This document shows, piece by piece, positions 18,453 through 25,941 of a stretch of 32,000 nucleotides of DNA. How positions within the stretch are numbered: the first letter of the stretch is position 1; each line of letters opens with the position of its first letter. Origin of the DNA: Nitrosopumilaceae archaeon (GTDB lineage Archaea; Thermoproteota; Nitrososphaeria; Nitrososphaerales; Nitrosopumilaceae); the NCBI GenBank assembly GCA_052389415.1, contig JBQTHX010000014.1, positions 61,363 to 93,362 of the forward strand, in the 5' to 3' direction. The notes below the pieces were generated by a model. That model searched no databases. It was not told where the DNA came from and was given only the letters and a program-made list of their open reading frames with translations. Made by a program: the position numbers and the translations under genes.

Positions 18453-18682
18453 GATCTGTGTCTAAAGTACATGGTTAAATCTGTGTTCTATATACGACAA
18501 GGGAACTATATAGTTAACAAAAAATATTGTAAATATCGTGTTAAAAATCGATCTTCTGTAGCTCCACTACAATACCTATACTGCATTATTCTGAAAAATT
18601 AATGAGTGAAGTTGATAATTATTTGCAATATTTTATGAAAAGAATAAGGTATATTTATCGAATCTAAAATTGGCATCTCATC

Positions 18683-19066
18683 TTGAAAAAGAAAAATCAT
18701 AAAATTGATCTAATTCCAGTAGTTGAAGATATCCTATCTATTGATCCAGCGATGAGATTTGCTGCAATCATAGATCTTAAAGGGAATATTTCAGAATCAA
18801 TTATGAAAGAAGGTAAAACATCGCTAAAATCTCAGAAGGAGGAAGAGCATTTTTGCAAGCAGGTGGCAATAAGAAGAAAAATGCGAAATGAGTTTAATAA
18901 AAGTCTTGGAAAAGTAGATTATGTTCATATTGAACGTGAAAAGGTTACCCAAATTGTAGTGTATCCTAAACGAAAAACGGTCTATGTTACAATGGAGCCC
19001 GATATTGATACAATAAAAAAGTTAAAAATTGTAAAACTAATTAAAGAAAAAACTGAGCATTTATAA
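18683..19066 (+). CDS. Hypothetical small protein, possibly Roadblock/LC7-like
   Basis: 127 aa with a TTG start. MRFAAIIDLKGNISES resembles the first strand-turn of Roadblock/LC7 proteins. This is weak. Confidence 0.4.
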   Translation: MKKKNHKIDLIPVVEDILSIDPAMRFAAIIDLKGNISESIMKEGKTSLKSQKEEEHFCKQVAIRRKMRNEFNKSLGKVDYVHIEREKVTQIVVYPKRKTVYVTMEPDIDTIKKLKIVKLIKEKTEHL

Positions 19067-19116
19067 AAATTAAGAAAAAGTAAGGGAAAAATTAGTTTTT
19101 TGGATTGAATTTACTT

Positions 19117-19467
19117 TTATTCGGAAGCAGATTCTGCTGCTTGTGGAGAACCTTCTCCAACTACTTCGGCAGTAGCAAATCGTCCCCCAACTTGGGTGAC
19201 TTTTACTTTAGTGTTCTGTCCTACTTGTCCTCCTTTGACGAATATCACAAAACCGTCTACTCTTGCGATACCGTCTCCTTTTCGACTAATTTCCGTAATA
19301 GATACATCGTATTCTTTTCCGGTTTCTACTGGTTTTGGTCTGTCATCAAATCGTCTATCGCCGCCAAATCGTCTACCGCCTCCGTAACCTCTATTGCCGT
19401 AGCCTCTATTGCCGCCGTATCCTCGGTTTTCAGAGCCTTCGCCAAAACCGCCTTCGTTATAGCTCAT
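19117..19467 (-). CDS. TRAM-domain RNA-binding protein with an N-terminal RGG/RGY repeat tail
   Basis: The C-terminal KEYDVSITEISRKGDGIARVDGFVIFVKGGQVGQNTKVKVTQVGGRFATAEVV is a TRAM beta-barrel pattern. The N-terminal 45 aa read GGFGEGSENRGYGGNRGYGNRGYGGGRRFGGDRRFDDR. Confidence 0.75.
   Translation of the reverse strand: MSYNEGGFGEGSENRGYGGNRGYGNRGYGGGRRFGGDRRFDDRPKPVETGKEYDVSITEISRKGDGIARVDGFVIFVKGGQVGQNTKVKVTQVGGRFATAEVVGEGSPQAAESASE
19347..19413 (-). repeat. Short tandem DNA repeats encoding the RGG/RGY tail
   Basis: Plus strand: CAAATCGTCTA at 19347-19357 and 19365-19375 (18-nt period). GTAACCTCTATTGCC at 19384-19398 is followed directly by GTAGCCTCTATTGCC at 19399-19413. Confidence 0.7.
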
Positions 19468-19652
19468 CGTTGCACCTCCTTCTCGGTTATCTTATAAATC
19501 CTAACCCTATAAAATCTGATCAGCAGATTAATTTTACAATCTGGGAAGTTTAGTTCTAATTTAATAACAAAATTTGCAGTTTTATTTTGAATTATGTCAA
19601 TTCCATAGCTATTATCTTTTTATATATTGTAAATTACACTATTTTATATAAT

Positions 19653-20207
19653 ATGTTTGAAAAGTTCAAAAAAAACCTAGATAAATTTAGAGAACTTTCA
19701 TCTGATGAAAACAAAGATGGTAAGGGTAATGTCACTATGGAAAAATTCAATCCTGATGACCCAGTAACAGAGATTGAACAAATAAAAATACCTGAACGTG
19801 TTGAACAAGCTAGTATGAGCCAATCAAGTGACGACATAGGCATTAAATCACTCATGGATAAGAGAGCAAAACTTGAAGAAGCGATAGATTACGTGGGACT
19901 AATGATAAAAAATCTCAAAGACAAACGCACCAAGCTCGAAAAGAGTATCGAAGATGAATCAGTGGATATTAAGAATCTTAAAGAAAAATTGAACAAAGTG
20001 AGTCAATATATTGATGAAGAAAAACAAGGAATTAGGAACCTATCACAGAAAAGATCAGATGTTGAAAAAGAGGCTGATGATGTGGCCGTAATAATTGACA
20101 ATTTACGTGAAAAACTCTCATCAATTGATCACATAGTAGATGAAGAAGGAAATAAAATAAAGAACTTCAAAGAATCAAAATCTAAAATGGAAAGTACATT
20201 CAGCTAA
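19653..20207 (+). CDS. Coiled-coil protein built from 21-residue repeats
   Basis: I start at ATG 19653 (MFEKFKKNL). A TATA-like TTTATATAT lies about 27-35 nt upstream. The track start at 19587 adds an implausible AT-rich leader. The C-terminal 120 aa are 5.7 exact-period 21-aa repeats. Confidence 0.6.
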   Translation: MFEKFKKNLDKFRELSSDENKDGKGNVTMEKFNPDDPVTEIEQIKIPERVEQASMSQSSDDIGIKSLMDKRAKLEEAIDYVGLMIKNLKDKRTKLEKSIEDESVDIKNLKEKLNKVSQYIDEEKQGIRNLSQKRSDVEKEADDVAVIIDNLREKLSSIDHIVDEEGNKIKNFKESKSKMESTFS

Positions 20208-20515
20208 AAAGTAAAACCTTCCTTTAACATTGAATTGAGATTTTCTTTTATTTCCTCTACGTCGGATATTGCATTCAGATCACGTATCAAAACTTCTGTT
20301 GCTAAACATTGATTCTTAGTAAATTGATAGTAGCATTCTAATCTTTCTTGATATGTTTTTGATTTATGGAAAGTTATCCAAAAGTTTTCAGATGCATGTT
20401 GGACATAGAGTAAAAATTTGTGCATTGTGTCCTTTACTTTTGGAGAAGAGTTATCTTTCATCAAACCGATCAGGATTTGTTCTAATTTACTTTCCAAGTT
20501 TGACTCGTAAATCAT
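20204..20515 (-). CDS. Hypothetical protein
   Basis: 103 aa ORF, convergent with the previous gene with a 4-nt overlap. I recognise no motif. Confidence 0.4.
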   Translation of the reverse strand: MIYESNLESKLEQILIGLMKDNSSPKVKDTMHKFLLYVQHASENFWITFHKSKTYQERLECYYQFTKNQCLATEVLIRDLNAISDVEEIKENLNSMLKEGFTF

Positions 20516-20704
20516 CTGATAAAGGTCGATTTCTTTTGTTATGCATTTTCTTACCTATGCCTTGTTAAAAATCTTCATACAATAAATTGCAATAAAAGGC
20601 ATATTATTACATAGTTTATTCAAATTATTCTATGAATCTTATATTTCAATTATTTTTTTAGAGTAAGATTTAAATAATTTTATCACGTTATAATATTTCC
20701 TATC

Positions 20705-20906
20705 AAAGGACATCCTCCCAAGATAGGAATCATGCGGATAAAAGCTGCGGACAAGGACCCAAATCCTTTCCGTAAAAGACGAGCCCAAATGAGATGAAAC
20801 ATTCCCGTTGGTGTTGACAAAGGTCAACATAGGCTAAATGGATCCATTGGATCCGGTCTGGTGCTTTTGGCGTGTACTACAACACGCTCTGCATGATGAT
20901 ATTTTT
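20705..20906 (+). ncRNA. Candidate about 200-nt structured RNA of unknown class
   Basis: GC-rich island in an AT-rich spacer. A closing helix pairs ATCATGCGG (20729-20737) with CTGCATGAT (20889-20897). There are four local hairpins (20748-20772, 20813-20828, 20840-20854, 20870-20887). On the plus strand, AT-rich TATA-like boxes lie at 20670-20698 and a T5 run at 20902-20906. The minus strand is not excluded. Confidence 0.45.
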
Positions 20907-21009
20907 CTGATTTCAATTATAAATATATCAAATTAAAATCAACAAAACTGTAGAAATTATTAAAATGCATCATACAATATCTGGCAGCATCTGTGAATAT
21001 ACAAAGTAA

Positions 21010-22278
21010 ATGTCATTATCTCAAAGTAGAAAATGGATCTGGTATATTCTTCCATCTCAAATTACAGCAGAGGGTTTACGCACTGTAATACCGTTATATG
21101 TCATATTCCTTGGAGGAGACATCGGTGAAGTTTCTCTAGTAGCAGCACTTCATTATGGCGCGGCAGCTCTTGGTTCCTTATTCTGGGGAAAGGTGATTGA
21201 CAGATTCCATGTAAGAAGAGCTGTTTTGATTGTTTCCTTTTTTTTTATAATAATTTGTTGTTTTTGGCTATACCTTACAAATGATCTCTTTACACTTTTT
21301 GCTATTTCCCCAATAATTGGATTCTTCTTGGTAGGAAAGAATCCTGTTACCCATTTACTGGTAATGGAATCAGCCCCTAAGAATCAATGGAGTTGGTTAT
21401 TTGCAAGGACATCAATAATTGCAACTTTTGGAATGTTTGGTGCTATGATAATCGGTGCTGTATGGAGTGTATATTTTGATTTGAGCCCTTATTTTTTGAT
21501 ATGTGCAGTATCAACAGGAATTGCATTAGTATTTACTACTACAATCAAGGGATCAAGTTTTCATCTTGAACGAAGCAGTATTGCACATTCAATACATGGG
21601 TTGAGCTATAGTTTTACTCACTTTCATCTGATATTTCCTAAAATCTTAGAATTATATGATTTCAAGCATATAATTTCAATTTTCAGGGGAAAGGTTTCAC
21701 ATGAAATAGGAATCTTGTTTTTGGCTAACTTTCTTTTCTATTTTGGAAGTAATATCTATTTTACAGCATATACGCCATTTCTGAAACATTTTGATTTTGC
21801 AGACTCTACTGTCTTTTTGATTTATGCGATACAAACATGCGCGATGATTGCGATTTTCTTTGTTGCCCCCAAATTGATATCTAAATTGGGAGAGGATCGT
21901 GCGATATTGATTGCCTATGCACCAAGAATATTGGCGGTTCTTGTTGCTGGCTTGGTAATACCTATCATGATTGGAGCTGGCATCTTTGTGGTTTCAATTA
22001 TTTCGGTAGGATTAATGGTCATAGCCTTTTCCATTTTTAGCATAGCTAGCTCTGTGATTTTTTTTAAAAGCATTCCACAAGGTTTTGAAGGAAAATATCT
22101 TGGAGTCAACAGTTCTGTTACAGGAATTGGAGTCTTTGCTGGAGCTATAGTAACGGGAGAGCTAACAAATCTAGTTGGATATACGAATCTATTTTTGATA
22201 GCCGCTGTGGTTTTGGTGCTGTCTTTTATCTTGTTTAGAGGATATCTGCGATACAGATTATCGCACAATGTAGTTTAG
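21010..22278 (+). CDS. MFS transporter
   Basis: 422 aa with about 12 hydrophobic helices. There is an MFS-like loop GKVIDRFHVRR after TM2. Confidence 0.7.
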   Translation: MSLSQSRKWIWYILPSQITAEGLRTVIPLYVIFLGGDIGEVSLVAALHYGAAALGSLFWGKVIDRFHVRRAVLIVSFFFIIICCFWLYLTNDLFTLFAISPIIGFFLVGKNPVTHLLVMESAPKNQWSWLFARTSIIATFGMFGAMIIGAVWSVYFDLSPYFLICAVSTGIALVFTTTIKGSSFHLERSSIAHSIHGLSYSFTHFHLIFPKILELYDFKHIISIFRGKVSHEIGILFLANFLFYFGSNIYFTAYTPFLKHFDFADSTVFLIYAIQTCAMIAIFFVAPKLISKLGEDRAILIAYAPRILAVLVAGLVIPIMIGAGIFVVSIISVGLMVIAFSIFSIASSVIFFKSIPQGFEGKYLGVNSSVTGIGVFAGAIVTGELTNLVGYTNLFLIAAVVLVLSFILFRGYLRYRLSHNVV

Positions 22279-22910
22279 ATGTAACGCGCTGAAGTTGATT
22301 GACCCGAAGGCATTGAAGGTAATTTGTCGTTGACTGCCGCCTCTGCAACTGCTGCCGCTTCTGACAGTATCTTTTCTGATTCCTCGTTTGTTGATTCTGA
22401 ATCTATTCCAAAGTCACCATTGTGGAAGGTGTCTGTCATAAGACCACTCAACATCTCTGTCATACCACTTAGTTCCTGGTCTGCCTCTGGCATGAATCTT
22501 ATAAGTGATGATCTTAGACTTTTCATTAGTCCTATTGTTGGAACTATAGTTACTACAGTATCTCCAAGATCGTGGAATGTTGTTAATCTAAGTTCGATTT
22601 GTTCTAGAGCTATTCTTGCATTGCTTAATAGTTTGGTAACTTTACGAACTTCAGCTAATTCTTTTGATAATACTCTGCTTGTAGTGGTGTCATGTTGTTG
22701 AGTTGCTGTAACAATTCGTTTGAAAAGTTTTTCGTCCTTTTGTTTTAGTTTTGTAACCATTCCGTCTAGTTTAGAAATCTGAGTCTGCAGTTTTTTTACT
22801 GCCGTCTCTAATCGTGGCTTTAATGGACCTTTGGGATGTAATGCATCGTTTAGTTTTTCACCAAAACTTGTTGTTTGAGGTTTGGTCCAGCTTTTTACAA
22901 AACCAGTCAT
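22275..22910 (-). CDS. cdvB: ESCRT-III (Snf7/Vps2 family) cell-division protein, CdvB-like
   Basis: 211 aa. Basic N-terminal helices (LKPRLETAVKKLQTQISKLDGMVTKLKQKDEKLFKRIV...LAEVRKVTKLL...LEQIELRLTT) follow the ESCRT-III helical hairpin pattern. The tail is acidic and ends in a proline motif, KLPSMPSG. Confidence 0.7.
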   Translation of the reverse strand: MTGFVKSWTKPQTTSFGEKLNDALHPKGPLKPRLETAVKKLQTQISKLDGMVTKLKQKDEKLFKRIVTATQQHDTTTSRVLSKELAEVRKVTKLLSNARIALEQIELRLTTFHDLGDTVVTIVPTIGLMKSLRSSLIRFMPEADQELSGMTEMLSGLMTDTFHNGDFGIDSESTNEESEKILSEAAAVAEAAVNDKLPSMPSGQSTSARYI

Positions 22911-23142
22911 GATAAGCAGTTCAAAAATTAGTTATTAATTCAAGGTGTGAAACGAGGTTTACTGTGGACTAAATTAAGCTAACTAAATGCAAGGTTATGA
23001 TTTCGAGCAATAAACCCTTCAAAATTATAAATCTCGAAAAATTTTTTTATAACCTAAATTGGATATATCCTTACAATCGATCCTCAGACCAGAGATTAGT
23101 GCGTCAGTTGTATGCTATTTCTCTGCGGATGGATTTTCTTTA

Positions 23143-23182
23143 TGTGAATTTCCAGTGCAGTTGTTGATTGCTGAAATTCACA
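23143..23182. promoter_or_regulatory. 10-bp inverted repeat TGTGAATTTC / GAAATTCACA in the cdvB-tfb divergent spacer
   Basis: TGTGAATTTC (23143-23152) and its exact reverse complement (23173-23182) are separated by 20 nt. A third TGTGAATT occurs at 23217-23224. Confidence 0.3.
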
Positions 23183-23571
23183 GCAAAGTGGACATTTTTC
23201 CATTTTATTTAATGCCTGTGAATTGGAAAAATTGTATTTAAATATTTGGTTTAACTTGTTTGAGGAAATATTTTGTTGAAAATTAATTAAAATAAATTGA
23301 AAGTTGTTGGTATCTGAGAAATTAGTTTCGTCTCATTGTAAAAAAACTCTCAGAAAAATGAGAAATGATATTGGTAAATAGATCTCTAAAATAAACCAAA
23401 AATTGCCATTTTTGGGAAATAAGGTTTTGAGATAATTGAAATATTCATAATAAAATTAGTTAACAATTACAAATTTTTAAATATTTTGCATGGAATTACT
23501 TAGAATCTAGAATAAACAGTAATAGTTAAATCTTTTTATTATCCCGGACCGAAACTTTTATTAGATATAAG

Positions 23572-24489
23572 ATGACGCGCGAAAATTTTGGTTCTGGTGG
23601 CGGACGCTGTCCACGTTGTGGAAAAGGTCCCATGGTAACTGACAGTACTACCGGAGAAATGTTTTGTGGAAATTGCGGTTTCGTACTAACTGAAAGAGTT
23701 GAGGAATCAGGACCAGAATGGAGATCGTTTTCAAAAGAAGAACATGAGGATCGAAGTAGAACTGGAACTCCCACTTCACTTGCGATGCATGACATGGGTC
23801 TTGCAACCATTATCGGTCCAGCAGATAAGGATGCATCTGGAAAACCACTTTCTGCTTCTATGAAAAGTACTATTGAACGTCTAAGAACTTGGGATAGTCG
23901 AAGTCAAGTTCATGAACCAGTAGACAGAAACTTTAGACAAGCCTTTAGTGAGCTCGACAGACTAAAAGACAAGCTAGCTCTTTCTGATGCAGTTATAGAA
24001 AAAACTGCATATGTTTACAGAAAGGCATTGGATAAAGGCCTAGTAAGGGGAAGATCAATTCCTGGACTAGTTGCGGCTGCATTGTATGCTGCATGCAGAG
24101 ATACGGAAACACCAAGAACTTTGACTGATGTAGCAAATGGAATTAATATCAAGAGAAAAGATGTTGCAAGATGCTACAGATTGCTTCTAAGAGAACTTGA
24201 TCTAAAGATGCCAGTTGTAGATCCAATAAAATGTGTAGCAAGAATTGCAAGCAAAGCTGGATTGAGTGAAAAAACAAAAAGAAAAGCACTGCTAATTCTA
24301 AAGGATGCTGCTGAAATTGAAATTTCTGCAGGAAAAGATCCTATGGGACTTGCAGCCGCTGCATTGTATCTTTCTTGTGTGATGAATGGAGAGAACAAGA
24401 CACAAAAGGACGTTGCTCAGGCAGCAGGAGTTACCGAAGTGACTATACGAAATAGATACAAAGGGTTAAAGGAATCCCTAAAACTATAA
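23572..24489 (+). CDS. tfb: Transcription initiation factor IIB (TFB)
   Basis: N-terminal zinc ribbon CPRCG...CGNCG, B-reader/linker, and two cyclin-fold repeats (GRSIPGLVAAALYAACR and GKDPMGLAAAALYLSC). Confidence 0.92.
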   Translation: MTRENFGSGGGRCPRCGKGPMVTDSTTGEMFCGNCGFVLTERVEESGPEWRSFSKEEHEDRSRTGTPTSLAMHDMGLATIIGPADKDASGKPLSASMKSTIERLRTWDSRSQVHEPVDRNFRQAFSELDRLKDKLALSDAVIEKTAYVYRKALDKGLVRGRSIPGLVAAALYAACRDTETPRTLTDVANGINIKRKDVARCYRLLLRELDLKMPVVDPIKCVARIASKAGLSEKTKRKALLILKDAAEIEISAGKDPMGLAAAALYLSCVMNGENKTQKDVAQAAGVTEVTIRNRYKGLKESLKL

Positions 24490-24519
24490 TTTTTTAAAAA
24501 TTAAATTATTTTATTTTTC

Positions 24520-24942
24520 ATGAAAAAAATAATATATGTTGTAATTATAGTTGCAGCGGCAATAGCAATAGGAATATCTTTAGAGCCAAACTCAAAAGAA
24601 TCAGCCATCTTTCATGTAACACTTGCAGATCCTAAACTTTACGTCAATGGAATTTTTTCTGATACTTTTATGATTCAAAAGGGAATGTATCAATTTAGTT
24701 TTGTACCAAATGGTGATAGTCCTGAGACTCTTTCTATTGCTCTAAAAGGTCCAACCTTTTCTTTTGCAGAAGATTTTCGTCTGAATGGAACATTGCATGA
24801 TACCGGAATTTCTTCTTATTACACCTGGAACTATATCGGAAAAAAAGAGATCAAGGTGGATGAAGATCAGCAACTACAAATTGTGATACATCCGCACGAA
24901 AATTTACTTGGAAGCGTATCTGTCGATTTAACTAGAAAATAA
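24520..24942 (+). CDS. Small N-terminally anchored or secreted protein
   Basis: 140 aa with an N-terminal hydrophobic helix (IIYVVIIVAAAIAIGI) followed by a beta-rich domain. Confidence 0.5.
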   Translation: MKKIIYVVIIVAAAIAIGISLEPNSKESAIFHVTLADPKLYVNGIFSDTFMIQKGMYQFSFVPNGDSPETLSIALKGPTFSFAEDFRLNGTLHDTGISSYYTWNYIGKKEIKVDEDQQLQIVIHPHENLLGSVSVDLTRK

Positions 24943-24945
24943 TTG

Positions 24946-25031
24946 GCGTAGCCCCCCGTCAGACGTGCAGAGATTTCCTCTTTGAATCGGCTCCAAGGCC
25001 GGTGTTCATTTCAAGTTCTGCGGGACTACGC
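24946..25031. ncRNA. Candidate 86-nt structured GC-rich element (long interrupted terminal helix plus two internal hairpins)
   Basis: GCGTAG-C-CCC (24946-24955) pairs with GGG-A-CTACGC (25022-25031), and CAGA (24960-24963) pairs with TCTG (25017-25020). Internal hairpins are AGAG/CTCT (24969-24981) and ATCGGC/GCCGGT (24986-25003). It starts 4 nt after a stop codon. Confidence 0.4.
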
Positions 25032-25194
25032 AGTTTAAGCAGTAGATTTTGCATCCTTCTGCATATTTTGTCATATGACTTTCAAGTATTTATCATTTCA
25101 TGTTAATTTTTTTACATTAAGGTAAGTTCTTCACTAATTTTTTGAAGCAAAAATCATCTTTTAAAATTATTAAGTAATAAAGGATAGTGATTTT

Positions 25195-25938
25195 ATGAAA
25201 CTTTCCCAGAAAGTTGCTCTTGTTACAGGTGGCAGTCGTGGTATTGGAAAAGCCATCTCAAAAATGTTCGTGCAGGAAGGGTCGCTAGTCACTATCACAG
25301 CAAAAGATCCAAAGAGATTAGAAAAAACAGCAAGCGAACTTGGAAATGTGTTTTTTGTGGCAGGCGATATAAGGAATGAAAATGATGTTCAAAATGTTGT
25401 AAAGAGAACCATAGAAAAATTTGGTAAAATTGATATTTTGGTAAATAATGCGGGAATTTTTCCTCAAGTTAAACCGTTACATGAGATTACAGACAAGGAA
25501 TGGAATGAAGTAATAGATGTGAATTTAACAGGACAGTTTAGGTTTACCAGAGCAGTTATACCGTTTATGAAAAAAAATGGCGGAACAATAATAAATATTT
25601 CTTCAGATGCTGGACTGAAAGCATTTGAGAATTTTGAGGCGGATGCATACACAGCGTCAAAAGGGGCTTTAGTACTGTTAACAAAAGCATGGGCAGTAGA
25701 ATATGCAAAATACAAGATTCGTGTAAATTGTGTCTGCCCTGGAGTAGTTGAGACGGATATGACTGCACCCTATCTAGTTTCTGAATCAGATAGAAAAATG
25801 GCCGTGGCAGAACATCCTATTGGTAGGACAGGCACCGTAGAAGATGTAGCAAATGCAGTTTTGTATTTTGCATCAGATGATTCTTCATGGACTACTGGAG
25901 CAATTCTGCCATTGGATGGTGGAGTATCGGCAAAATAA
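25195..25938 (+). CDS. SDR family oxidoreductase (FabG-like)
   Basis: TGGSRGIGKA, NNAG, and the catalytic YTASKGAL. Confidence 0.85.
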   Translation: MKLSQKVALVTGGSRGIGKAISKMFVQEGSLVTITAKDPKRLEKTASELGNVFFVAGDIRNENDVQNVVKRTIEKFGKIDILVNNAGIFPQVKPLHEITDKEWNEVIDVNLTGQFRFTRAVIPFMKKNGGTIINISSDAGLKAFENFEADAYTASKGALVLLTKAWAVEYAKYKIRVNCVCPGVVETDMTAPYLVSESDRKMAVAEHPIGRTGTVEDVANAVLYFASDDSSWTTGAILPLDGGVSAK

Positions 25939-25941
25939 TTT

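Noticed and set aside
19105-19497. A 130-aa plus-strand ORF (and 19196-19387, 19335-19553) antisense to the TRAM gene.
   Set aside because: The minus-strand frame encodes a recognisable TRAM barrel. The plus-strand frames are low-complexity mirror images of the RGG repeats.
20639-20830. A 63-aa minus-strand ORF in the 20516-21009 spacer.
   Set aside because: It sits on the GC-rich hairpin-dense island, has no plausible promoter spacing and no recognisable motif, and its composition looks like a by-product of RNA structure. I treat it as non-coding.
20705-20906. RNase P RNA, SRP RNA, 5S rRNA, or a TPP or fluoride riboswitch.
   Set aside because: I could not find the conserved cores as I remember them: GAGGAAAGTCC and ACAGAA..GGCTTA for RNase P; the GGAA/AGCA helix-8 motif for SRP; CCGAAC...GAAGTTAAGC for 5S; CTGAGA...CCTGATCTGGATAATGCCAGCG for TPP. 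This was by-eye matching only, so a covariance-model scan could overturn it.
20893-20910. ATGATGA followed by CTGA, read as a C/D sRNA start.
   Set aside because: Only 7 nt separate the two boxes, and no C'/D pair follows.
23059-23241. A 60-aa TTG-initiated ORF in the cdvB-tfb spacer.
   Set aside because: It has no motif and covers the inverted repeat region. A short TTG-start ORF in a long AT-rich spacer is expected by chance.
24946-25031. A tRNA gene (either strand).
   Set aside because: A 6-7 bp acceptor-like pairing exists (GCGTAG/CTACGC). However, no D-arm, no anticodon arm and no T-arm with a GTTCRANNC-like loop can be placed on either strand, and the terminal helix continues far beyond 7 bp.
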